In this document: positions 28,416 through 37,118 of the stretch, one piece after another
How the letters are laid out: every line of letters starts with the position of its first letter
Position numbering within the stretch: position 1 is the first letter of the stretch
Source of the DNA: Bacteroidota bacterium
Lineage (GTDB): Bacteria; Bacteroidota; Bacteroidia; Bacteroidales; Prolixibacteraceae
DNA length: 64,000 nt
NCBI GenBank assembly: GCA_023251435.1
Contig: JAHEYU010000022.1
Coordinates: forward strand, 5,194-69,193
Reading direction: 5' to 3'
Made by a program: the position numbers and the translations under genes
The notes under the pieces: model-generated
What the model was told of the DNA's origin: nothing
The model's input: only the letters and a program-made list of their open reading frames with translations
Database searches by the model: none

Positions 28416-30923
28416 ATGAAAAAATTCCCATTTCTCCTTATTTTAGCAATACTGGTTACAAATCTGTCAATCGCGGTAATTCCTGAAAGAACCGGTTGGT
28501 GGAAGTTCGACAACGCTTCAACGCTGCTAAAGGCAGAATCAGGATATGGCGAGGCGCTAAGCCTGATTGGGACACATTACCCAATGGCCGGACCTGAAAG
28601 TGGAAATGGGGCAGCTCTCATCGGCACAGGCAGTTACTACAAAATGAACCACGCAATTGCACCCAATGGCGGAGGCAGCAAGGTAAACGAATACACCCTT
28701 CAGTTCGATTTTAAAATCCTGAAAAATGGGGTATGGAACTGTTTTTATCAAACAGCACCGGCCAACAATAACGATGGAGAATTATTCATCAATACTTCAG
28801 GAAATATTGGGGTAGCTGCCGTTGGATACAGCACAGCAACTGTTACGCCGAATGAATGGTACCGCTTACTCATTTCGGTTAAGAATGGGAAACAATTCAC
28901 CTACTACCTCGATGGCGAACTCCTGCTGAGTGGCGTTTCGCAAGCCATCGACGGACGATTTTCGCTGGAAAATCAGGTGCTTGTTTTTGCTGATGAGGAT
29001 GGAGAAGATGCTCCTGTTTACTGCGCCGAACTTGCCATCTGGAACCGTGCGCTTACCGCCGCCGAAGCAAAAGAACTCGGCGGATATGGACATAAATATG
29101 AATTGCCGGTAATGACCCGAATTCCATATCTGCAATCGCCCGGACAAACAAGCATGACTGTTTGCTGGCACGATTCGATTAAAACAGGTACAAAAGTGGA
29201 ATATGGAACCGATTCGCTGAAATTACTTCAGGAAAAAACGGGAACTTCAGAAATTGTGAGTCTGCCCTATTGCTGGCACAGCGTAAAACTAACCGGTCTG
29301 GCTGCCAACACCCGTTACTTTTACAGGGTTAGCAGCGGAAATGAACTATCAGAAACCTATTCGTTTAAAACCTTGCCTGATGCAAGTTATCAGGGGAAAC
29401 TACGATTTGTTTTGCTTAGCGATACACATGCCACAGACACGACCATGGCCGGAAAAATAATACGGGCAGCCAAAGTAAAAATCACAGGTTTATATGGTCC
29501 CGACATTGAAAATCATCTGAATGGGATTTTTCATTCGGGCGATATTGTGGTGAGCGGCAATTCTCCCGACCATTACACCAAACAGTACTTTATGCCCATG
29601 TCGTCGCTTTCACCACATCTGCCAACAATGGTAGTCGCCGGAAATCACGAAGGTGAAAGTCAATTCTTTTACCGCTACCTCAAAATGGACGAGCTTTCTG
29701 CCTATCCGCAGTTAACTGCTTTGAACGAAAAAATATGGCAGCTAAAAATTGGAAATTCGCTGTTTTTAGGATTGAATACAAACATTATCAATGAATACGG
29801 TACAGCCCAGGCCAACTGGCTCGATACAAAACTGAAAGAAACTGAACTGGACGCCAGTATTGATTTTGTCTTCCTTTTTATGCATCATCCTCCCTATTCC
29901 GAAATTTGGAATGTGGTAAATACCTTTGACGTAGGCGCTAATTATGTGCGGGATAAACTCATTCCAGTCATAAAGAAATACACCAAAGTACAGCAACTGA
30001 CTTATGGGCACACCCACGGTTTCGAGAGAGGAACCGTTCAGTCTGAAAAACCGGATGGCGATTTCAGAATTGTTTGCGGAGGCGGAAGCGGCGGACCTTT
30101 GGATCCCTGGACGCCGGGAGCCAACCGCGATTACAACAATATTCATATAAGTTACAGTCATTATTGTTTCCAGATACTTGAGATCGATTTGGCCGAACAC
30201 TCCTGGCAAAATTCGATGTACAGTCTGGGAAACACAAATAATTCAGGAAATGTGGTGGGTTTAGACACATGGTACAAGCGAAAAAATCAGACTGCACCTG
30301 CAACTCCGGCGATAGAAAGCGCAATTAACACGAATGGTAATATTGTGGTCAGCCTATCGGATTTCTCCGGATCAGACTCCATCATGTCGGTTCAGTTTCA
30401 GATTACTGAGAGCGCTAACATAGTGCTCGATTCCATGATTCACTGGACGAATATTTACGGTATTTCAGGAAATAATGTGCCGGTTGACAAAAATGCCGGC
30501 ATAAATCTGAAACGACTTTCAATTAGACAAACGCTTATTCCTGAAGGTAAAACTTATAAATTCAATGTTCGTTACCGCGACCACAATTTAAAATGGAGTG
30601 CTTGGTCCGAGCCATATTTATACCAAACTACCGGAATAAAAAACCCTACAGGACAAGATAACAACCGTTTCCTTGGCCAAAACTACCCCAATCCATTTCA
30701 CTTAAAAACAACGATTAACTACGAACTGGCTGAAAAGGGTGAAATACATTTTCGCATTTATGATGTGAATTTCAGCCTGGTTGCCGAAATAGCCGAAGGA
30801 GTAAAATCCAAAGGCAGCCACAGCCTTGTTTTAAATGCCGGACATTTAAAAAGTGGTGTCTATTTCTACGAAATAATCGCGAAAGATTTTTCTGTTATGA
30901 AAAAGATGATCAAAATTGATTGA
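28416..30923 (+). CDS. LamG module + purple-acid-phosphatase-like metallophosphoesterase + T9SS C-terminal domain
   Basis: 835 aa. The N-terminal LamG copy belongs to the same family as the upstream gene (TGWWKFDN...NEYTLQFDF...WYRLLISVKNGKQFTYYLDG...LVFADEDGEDAPVYCAELAIWNRAL). PAP N-domain: RIPYLQSPGQTSMTVCWH...TRYFYRV. All five calcineurin-type motifs are present: LSDTHA, SGDIVVSG, AGNHEG, MHHPPYS, YGHTHGFE. Tail NYPNPFHLKTTI...GVYFYEIIA. Confidence 0.85.
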   Translation: MKKFPFLLILAILVTNLSIAVIPERTGWWKFDNASTLLKAESGYGEALSLIGTHYPMAGPESGNGAALIGTGSYYKMNHAIAPNGGGSKVNEYTLQFDFKILKNGVWNCFYQTAPANNNDGELFINTSGNIGVAAVGYSTATVTPNEWYRLLISVKNGKQFTYYLDGELLLSGVSQAIDGRFSLENQVLVFADEDGEDAPVYCAELAIWNRALTAAEAKELGGYGHKYELPVMTRIPYLQSPGQTSMTVCWHDSIKTGTKVEYGTDSLKLLQEKTGTSEIVSLPYCWHSVKLTGLAANTRYFYRVSSGNELSETYSFKTLPDASYQGKLRFVLLSDTHATDTTMAGKIIRAAKVKITGLYGPDIENHLNGIFHSGDIVVSGNSPDHYTKQYFMPMSSLSPHLPTMVVAGNHEGESQFFYRYLKMDELSAYPQLTALNEKIWQLKIGNSLFLGLNTNIINEYGTAQANWLDTKLKETELDASIDFVFLFMHHPPYSEIWNVVNTFDVGANYVRDKLIPVIKKYTKVQQLTYGHTHGFERGTVQSEKPDGDFRIVCGGGSGGPLDPWTPGANRDYNNIHISYSHYCFQILEIDLAEHSWQNSMYSLGNTNNSGNVVGLDTWYKRKNQTAPATPAIESAINTNGNIVVSLSDFSGSDSIMSVQFQITESANIVLDSMIHWTNIYGISGNNVPVDKNAGINLKRLSIRQTLIPEGKTYKFNVRYRDHNLKWSAWSEPYLYQTTGIKNPTGQDNNRFLGQNYPNPFHLKTTINYELAEKGEIHFRIYDVNFSLVAEIAEGVKSKGSHSLVLNAGHLKSGVYFYEIIAKDFSVMKKMIKID

Positions 30924-31099
30924 ACAAAATCCGGTTCAAATTATACCTGCATTGGTGAAGTAAAGTCCATAAATATTTTTTGTAGCTTTTAGCATAAAGT
31001 CCGACGATTTTTGTTCTGAAACACATAAATTCACCGGACTTTTACTTTTTGCTTTTGTCAGGAAAATTTGTTGTTTATTCAATTCATATCCAAAACTTT

Positions 31100-33382
31100 A
31101 TGAAGAATTATATTATTCCTATACTGCTTTCCGCGTTTTTATACTGCGGAGCTTATGCACAAACCCTCTCTCCGGTTGATTACGTCATTACCCTTATGGG
31201 CTCCGATTCGGAATATAAACTTTCTTCCGGAAATACCTATCCGGCAATTGCAATGCCCTGGGGGATGAACTTCTGGACACCGCAAACCGCGAAAATGGGC
31301 GACGGCTGGGTTTATGCATACGATGCTTATAAAATTCAAGGCTTCAAACAGACACATCAGCCAAGTCCTTGGATCAACGATTACGGCCAGTTTTCACTTT
31401 TCCCGATGACCGGCGAACTGAAAATTGCAGGTGAAGAACGTGCCAGCTGGTTCTCGCACAAGGCCGAAGTGGCCAAACCGCATTACTACAGCGTTTATCT
31501 GGCCGATTACGATGTAACCACCGAAATCACTCCAACCGAACGGGCTGCGATGTTTAGGTTTACTTTTCCTGTAAACGAAAAATCGTGGGTGGTGGTCGAT
31601 GCTTTCGACAAAGGTTCGTACATCAAAATTATTCCTTCAGAGAATAAAGTGATTGGTTATACAACCCGCAACAGTGGCGGGGTACCACAAAATTTCAGGA
31701 ACTATTTTGTGATTGTTTTCGACAAACCATTTGCTGAAAACCAGGTTTGGAGCGGAAAAGAAATCGTCGCCGGAAAATCGGAACTTCAGGATAACCACGT
31801 AGGTGCAGCCCTCCGTTTCATTACAAAAAAAGGAGAACAGGTTCATGCCAGGGTAGCTTCGTCGTTCATCAGTTTCGATCAGGCCGAACTAAACCTGAAA
31901 GAACTGGGGAAAGACAATTTCGATCAGGTCTGCCAAAAAGGAAAAGATACCTGGAACAAGGAACTGTCGCGCATTGCAGTTGAAGGCGGAACGACTGATC
32001 AGGTCAAAACTTTCTATTCGTGTCTGTACCGCACCATGTTGTTTCCCCGGAAGTTTTTCGAGTTCGGCAAAGATGGTAAAATGGTACATTACAGCCCATA
32101 CAATGGCGAAATTTTGCCCGGCGCAATGTTCACCGACAACGGATTCTGGGATACTTTTCGCGCTGTTTTCCCCTTCTTTAACCTGATGTATCCAAGCCTG
32201 AATGCCCAAATTCAGGAAGGATTGGTAAATACCTACAAAGAAAGCGGATTCCTTCCGGAGTGGGCCAGTCCGGGCCACCGCGACTGCATGATTGGCTCGA
32301 ATTCGGCTACCCTGATTGCCGATGCTTACCTGAAAGGCGCCCGCGGTTACGACATCAATACCCTTTACGAAGCCGTGATTAAAAATACGAAAACCGAAGG
32401 CCCGTTAACCTCGGTTGGCCGCGAAGGGGTTGACTACTACAACAAACTGGGATATGTTCCGTACGATGTGAAAATCAATGAAAACACTGCACGAACACTG
32501 GAATATGCTTTTGCCGACTGGACCATCTGGAAACTGGCCAGGGAATTGAAACGTCCGCAGGAGGAAATTGATTTGTTTGCCAAACGTGCCTTGAATTACC
32601 GCAATGTGTTCGATCCGGAAACCAGGCTGATGCGTGGAAAAAATCAGGATGGAACGTTCCAGAAACCTTTCAACCCGTTTAAATGGGGCGATGCCTTTAC
32701 CGAAGGAAACAGCTGGCATTACACCTGGTCGGTTTTCCACGATGTACAGGGATTGATTGATTTGATGGGCGGTAAAAAAGAATTTGTTGGAATGCTCGAT
32801 TCTGTTTTTGTGGTTCCACCAATTTTCGACGATTCTTACTACGGACAGGTGATTCACGAAATACGCGAAATGCAGATCATGAACATGGGCAACTATGCGC
32901 ACGGCAACCAGCCCATCCAGCATGCGATTTACCTTTATAACTATGCCGGCCAACCCTGGAAAACACAAAAATGGGTGCGCGAGGTGATGAACCGCATGTA
33001 CGCTCCTACTCCCGATGGCTATTGCGGCGACGAAGATAATGGACAAACATCGGCCTGGTATGTATTTTCGGCCATGGGTTTTTACCCGGTGACTCCCGGA
33101 AGCGACCAATATGTTTTAGGTGCACCGCTGTTCAACAAAATCACCATAAAGCTCGAAAATGGCAAAAAAGTGGTAATCAATGCTCCTGAAAACAGCGCTG
33201 AAAACAAATACATTCAGTCTGCCAGTTTCAACGGAAAAGCCCACACCAAAAACTGGCTGAGCTACCCTGAACTGATGAAAGGTGCGAACATCGATTTCAG
33301 GATGGGCGCCACACCCAATATGAAGCGTGGAATTGACATCAAAGATTTCCCTTACTCGTTTACAAACAAGGTGAAAAATTGA
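31100..33382 (+). CDS. GH92 alpha-mannosidase
   Basis: Start moved to the ATG at 31100 (MKNYIIPILLSAFLYCGAYAQ). NTYPAIAMPWGMNFWTPQT and GYCGDEDNGQTSAWYVFSAMGFYPVTPG are GH92 hallmark blocks. Confidence 0.9.
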   Translation: MKNYIIPILLSAFLYCGAYAQTLSPVDYVITLMGSDSEYKLSSGNTYPAIAMPWGMNFWTPQTAKMGDGWVYAYDAYKIQGFKQTHQPSPWINDYGQFSLFPMTGELKIAGEERASWFSHKAEVAKPHYYSVYLADYDVTTEITPTERAAMFRFTFPVNEKSWVVVDAFDKGSYIKIIPSENKVIGYTTRNSGGVPQNFRNYFVIVFDKPFAENQVWSGKEIVAGKSELQDNHVGAALRFITKKGEQVHARVASSFISFDQAELNLKELGKDNFDQVCQKGKDTWNKELSRIAVEGGTTDQVKTFYSCLYRTMLFPRKFFEFGKDGKMVHYSPYNGEILPGAMFTDNGFWDTFRAVFPFFNLMYPSLNAQIQEGLVNTYKESGFLPEWASPGHRDCMIGSNSATLIADAYLKGARGYDINTLYEAVIKNTKTEGPLTSVGREGVDYYNKLGYVPYDVKINENTARTLEYAFADWTIWKLARELKRPQEEIDLFAKRALNYRNVFDPETRLMRGKNQDGTFQKPFNPFKWGDAFTEGNSWHYTWSVFHDVQGLIDLMGGKKEFVGMLDSVFVVPPIFDDSYYGQVIHEIREMQIMNMGNYAHGNQPIQHAIYLYNYAGQPWKTQKWVREVMNRMYAPTPDGYCGDEDNGQTSAWYVFSAMGFYPVTPGSDQYVLGAPLFNKITIKLENGKKVVINAPENSAENKYIQSASFNGKAHTKNWLSYPELMKGANIDFRMGATPNMKRGIDIKDFPYSFTNKVKN

Positions 33383-33421
33383 CTAATTTTACTTACTCAA
33401 ACCAATATAAAATTTTAAAGT

Positions 33422-33649
33422 ATGATTGATTACAGAAAAATAATCACCATTGAAGCAGGAAAAAGAGGAGGAAAACCTTGTATTCGTGGAATGAGGATTA
33501 CTGTTTATGATATACTTTCATGGTTGGCTTCAGGAATGTCAAACGCAGAAATAATTGACGAATATCCAGAGTTAAATGCTGACGATATTTTTGCCACTTT
33601 GAGTTATGCCGCTGACCGTGAACGGAGCATCTATCAAATAGCTGTATGA
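33422..33649 (+). CDS. DUF433 protein (putative antitoxin)
   Basis: 75 aa: GKPCIRGMRITVYDILSWLASGMSNAEIIDEYPELNADDIFATLSYA. The stop overlaps the next start in ATGA (33646-33649). Confidence 0.8.
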   Translation: MIDYRKIITIEAGKRGGKPCIRGMRITVYDILSWLASGMSNAEIIDEYPELNADDIFATLSYAADRERSIYQIAV

Positions 33650-33993
33650 AACTGCTTTTTGACCAAAATATCTCATTCCGCATTTTGAAAAAACTTTCTG
33701 AAGCTTATTCAGATTCAAGTCATGTAAAAACTGAAGGATTGATGAATGCCTCAGATATGGAAATATGGGAATACGCTAAAAATCAACATTTCATCATTGT
33801 CACTCAGGATTCAGACTTTAATGATCTGTATCTGATGAAAGGATTTCCGCCAAAGATCTTATGGTTTCAAACTGGCAATCTTCGAACTGATGAATTTGTC
33901 CAAATCCTTGAAAACAGGAGTAATGACATTTTTGAATTCAACAACAATGGCGAATTGGGATGCTTTGAAATTTCACGTCTCAAATCAATTTAG
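33646..33993 (+). CDS. DUF5615 PIN-like protein (putative toxin)
   Basis: 115 aa: MKLLFDQNISFRILKKL...ASDMEIWEYAKNQHFIIVTQDSDFNDL...PPKILWFQTGN matches the DUF5615 pattern. Confidence 0.75.
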   Translation: MKLLFDQNISFRILKKLSEAYSDSSHVKTEGLMNASDMEIWEYAKNQHFIIVTQDSDFNDLYLMKGFPPKILWFQTGNLRTDEFVQILENRSNDIFEFNNNGELGCFEISRLKSI

Positions 33994-34082
33994 CAGATTT
34001 TATTTTCGGAATTGACGATAAGAATTTACAGTATTCTTTCCCAAATTGGATGAGATAATATAAAAGCTCATACAAATACAAT

Positions 34083-34122
34083 CAGCCGGAGTTTTCTCAT
34101 TGCAGAACTCCGGCTGTTTTTT
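34083..34122 (+). terminator. Rho-independent terminator after the TA pair
   Basis: Stem CAGCCGGAGTT (34083-34093) / AACTCCGGCTG (34106-34116), 12-nt loop, TTTTTT at 34117-34122. Confidence 0.8.
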
Positions 34123-34146
34123 CAAATAACAACTTTATTCCCTTGA

Positions 34147-35232
34147 TTAGAAGGGCACATCAATGCTATCCGTTTGTTTATCCTCATTACGTAAATAGAA
34201 CGGGAGATGAATTCCCAACTCTTCCAGTTCTTTTCTTTTTTTCATGTGGAAACCCAATAAATCGTATTCGTGTATTTTTTCTTTCCAATCGTCTTCTTTG
34301 GCTATTTGGTCTTCCTCATCGCCAGTATAAATTGTGTATTTGGCTAACAATTCATAATAATGTTTACACATAGCCTTGAAAAAAGAATAGACTTCCGAGA
34401 ATACTTCTCCTGCAAACAAATATTTGTCAAACTCGGAAAAAGCATAATCCTCACCATCTTTCACGAGGAAATACTTCATTTCTAAAGTTCCAATGTGATA
34501 AATTTCTTCGTATGCAACTACCCAATCAATGAGCTTCTGCTCAGTCCAATTCTCATTGTACTCACGATTGGCTTGACTAATTTTGTCTAAGTTTGGAGAA
34601 ACAACTTCTGCAATTTCATTTAATTTATAGTAAAGAAAAAGAAAAGGGGACCACTTCAGCGGTCGTAGTAGTAATCTAAACCCACCCAACCGCTCATATA
34701 ATCCGGCATATCTCCCTAGCCAGGACTCAATTTCCTCGAAACTAAGTTTGCGGGGTGGTTGGGTGACTATTTCGTTGTAGGCACCCTGCGCAGCATTAAC
34801 ACGAATCCAGTAGGATGCTGGTTTGGGAAAGTTTGCAGTTTCGTCACGATCAATATCGATGGAAGATTTCTCACCTAAATCAGGAACCTCGATGTCGGAT
34901 TTGAACTGCGAACAGCTGTAAATATCGGTAATTTCGTCGCCATTCAGCTCAAAAATCAGGTTCAGATAATTTTTGGAGTGGTTGCCCACCAGGCGATAAC
35001 CCTTTTTGCCACAATTGGGGCAATCAGCGCCTGCACAAACTCCTTCGTACATCCACAATTCCTTATCGCCCGCCTTGCGGAATACTTCAAAAATGCGTTC
35101 TATCTTATCGAGAAAAACTTCTTTGGTGGCTTCCTGGTAAGTGTATTTGTCTTTCAAATAATACCGAAGCAGGTCGATATCCATGTTGCAAAAAAAGCAG
35201 AGAATGGATTGTAGGTAGGAGGTTGTGGGCAT
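34147..35232 (-). CDS. Orphan 361-aa protein, no recognisable domain (cassette gene 4)
   Basis: Long ORF starting 5 nt after the stop of the FRG gene. The only motif I can point to is a Cys cluster, EGVCAGADCPNCGKKG. The C-terminal tail is acidic. Confidence 0.65.
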   Translation of the reverse strand: MPTTSYLQSILCFFCNMDIDLLRYYLKDKYTYQEATKEVFLDKIERIFEVFRKAGDKELWMYEGVCAGADCPNCGKKGYRLVGNHSKNYLNLIFELNGDEITDIYSCSQFKSDIEVPDLGEKSSIDIDRDETANFPKPASYWIRVNAAQGAYNEIVTQPPRKLSFEEIESWLGRYAGLYERLGGFRLLLRPLKWSPFLFLYYKLNEIAEVVSPNLDKISQANREYNENWTEQKLIDWVVAYEEIYHIGTLEMKYFLVKDGEDYAFSEFDKYLFAGEVFSEVYSFFKAMCKHYYELLAKYTIYTGDEEDQIAKEDDWKEKIHEYDLLGFHMKKRKELEELGIHLPFYLRNEDKQTDSIDVPF

Positions 35233-35237
35233 GTCCT

Positions 35238-36041
35238 TTATGATTTTAGAAACTTGGCTATATTGCTATCGCTCAGTTTTGAGTAATGAAGTTTTAAAAT
35301 CGCTGCATAATAATCAAGCTCATTTTTGCCAGCAAATAAATCATATACCATTTCTCCCATTTTTATAATTTCTTTGAGGATGTCTAATTTTAATTCTTTG
35401 GGAATGTGAACTTTTATAAGACTGTCAGTATGTGCCTGATCCTTTGACAAACAACTAAATAGGCTACGTGTATCACGATATAAGAATTTACTTCCTTGTA
35501 AAATCTTTCTGATTTCACTTAATCTAAACTCATTATTCTCTTTCTTTCCTAGTTTGGGGGCTGGAATAAAGAATGATTCATCATACCCGTTACTGTAAGG
35601 ATTGCTAAATATTGAAAGATCTTTTTGTTTAGCGGTAGGATTTTCATAAATGATTAATGCCCCTTCTTTATTAAGGTATTGTATGTCAGCCACTGCAAAT
35701 AAAAGTGCAATGATTTTATCGTGCGAAAAGTCCAGTAGCCTTGTTGGAAGTCCACTGTGTTGGGAGATCATCGAAATAATCCAACTGTGGTCATAACCTT
35801 CAACTTTAGGAATGAGAAACTCCAGGTTATTTTCTTCGATTTTCTGCTCGAACTTTTTAATAAGCATGTTCTCAATCGGAAGTAGAGAGTCAATGTCCAT
35901 AATACCCCTATTTCTTACTAGAGTCGGTGTAATATCCCATGAGAAATCTGCCTGACCACGATAGTAATTATCTCCATTACTATGATATTTTCCAACGAGT
36001 TTTAGAAATTCTTCAATTGATTTTGGTCTTTTTATTTCCAT
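35238..36041 (-). CDS. FRG-domain protein (cassette gene 3)
   Basis: 267 aa. NYYRGQADFSWDITPTLVR and MISQHSGLPTRLLDFSHDKIIALLFAV match the FRG-domain signature ((F/Y)RGQ ... QH.GlPTrLLDw). Confidence 0.8.
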   Translation of the reverse strand: MEIKRPKSIEEFLKLVGKYHSNGDNYYRGQADFSWDITPTLVRNRGIMDIDSLLPIENMLIKKFEQKIEENNLEFLIPKVEGYDHSWIISMISQHSGLPTRLLDFSHDKIIALLFAVADIQYLNKEGALIIYENPTAKQKDLSIFSNPYSNGYDESFFIPAPKLGKKENNEFRLSEIRKILQGSKFLYRDTRSLFSCLSKDQAHTDSLIKVHIPKELKLDILKEIIKMGEMVYDLFAGKNELDYYAAILKLHYSKLSDSNIAKFLKS

Positions 36042-36090
36042 TTCATTTTAGGTTAATATTGCTTTAGAATCCTTAAAATTCCATTTTCGA

Positions 36091-36819
36091 TCAAATAAAA
36101 AGTATATCAATAATTTCTTCAAAAAGCAGATGAACCTCATTTTTACTTTTTAAACTATGGAGTTCCTTACCTGAATATCTAAGAACTTCCTTCCATCCAC
36201 TTTTCTTTAATTTTCGGGTTCGAATATCATCATTCCTTTTTTGCTCAGGGCTTGAATGATAATCATATCCATCGCATTCCAGAGCTACCTTTTTAGATTC
36301 TATTATTTTCCCATCAAATGTTTTCCTATTTAAAATTACTGCAATATCTAATCGATATTCAATACCATCAATTGCAACAGAATATTGAGGTCGAACCTCA
36401 AATTCGCGAAGAACAAGCTCATCAATTAAGGGCGAATTAGATTTTGATTCTATGGTGTTAATTGGGATACCCTCACATCTAGAATCTTTTACCTTGAAGC
36501 CAATGTTTTTAAGAAACATAAGTTCTGCTTTCCGATAATTGTATTTTTTAACTCTCTCCTTAAGTTTTATATTTTCAAATAGAGAAATATCAGGGTCACC
36601 AAACATGATCTCATCTTCAATAAACTCTAATTCATAGTACCTGTTAAACCAATCGCCATTTTCTCTATGCTTTTGAAAATACCGGTAAAGCTGTAAAAGC
36701 ATCAATTTCTCAATTTCCGATTCGCAAATAGATAGAACTTCATCGATTTGTAAATTGAATTCCTTTACAATACTATAAGTAATCTCATTTTTGAGACTTT
36801 CAACTTTAGGGTCGCTCAT
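36091..36819 (-). CDS. DUF559 / Vsr-like PD-(D/E)xK nuclease-fold protein (cassette gene 2)
   Basis: 242 aa. An ESEIEKLMLLQL helix, then ...QYSVAIDGIEYRLDIAVIL...KKVALECDGYDYHSSPEQKRNDDIRTRKLKKSGWKEVLRYSGKEL. This follows the pattern D...E.DG..H....D..R...L...GW.V.R. A ~90-aa insert follows the first helix. Confidence 0.65.
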   Translation of the reverse strand: MSDPKVESLKNEITYSIVKEFNLQIDEVLSICESEIEKLMLLQLYRYFQKHRENGDWFNRYYELEFIEDEIMFGDPDISLFENIKLKERVKKYNYRKAELMFLKNIGFKVKDSRCEGIPINTIESKSNSPLIDELVLREFEVRPQYSVAIDGIEYRLDIAVILNRKTFDGKIIESKKVALECDGYDYHSSPEQKRNDDIRTRKLKKSGWKEVLRYSGKELHSLKSKNEVHLLFEEIIDILFI

Positions 36820-36840
36820 GAGTATGAGTTTTAATGAAAA

Positions 36841-37047
36841 TTAGTTAGAAGGAGAAAGTTCAAGGTCTTCTTCGTTTATCTCTTGCCTATGAGATCCATT
36901 ATCTTGCCATTCACATGTCCATTTGTCCCTTGTTGTTTTATAAGGCAAACCTCCTCTAACAGTTCGGCCAACTATGGTCATGACTGGAGACGTAGTCCCA
37001 ATTCTAATAACTCTATCTCGTTCTTTAAATTTTTCGGTTTTATCCAT
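36841..37047 (-). CDS. DUF2158 (YodC-like) small protein (cassette gene 1)
   Basis: 68 aa from the ATG at 37047: MDKTEKFKERDRVIRIGTTSPVMTIVGRTV...KWTCEWQDNGSHRQEINEEDLEL. The track's longer version (to 37110) adds 21 residues with no support. Confidence 0.6.
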   Translation of the reverse strand: MDKTEKFKERDRVIRIGTTSPVMTIVGRTVRGGLPYKTTRDKWTCEWQDNGSHRQEINEEDLELSPSN

Positions 37048-37118
37048 GATTAGAAATTTAAAAGATGTGGTACATAAATTTTGAAAATGAATAAGTGATC
37101 TTTCCCTCAAATTTAACC

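Noticed and set aside
26139-30923. LamG repeats as targets of a diversity-generating retroelement.
   Set aside because: No reverse transcriptase gene and no separate template repeat occur in the window. Differences among copies are spread over all codon positions rather than being adenine-specific, as far as I can see by eye.
32405-33109. Long antisense shadow ORFs inside large CDSs. Examples: 32405-33109, 17618-18142, 47744-48280, 62572-63132, 11320-11847, 19943-20452.
   Set aside because: They lie fully inside genes with strong family motifs on the other strand and have no motifs of their own. They are typical shadow ORFs.
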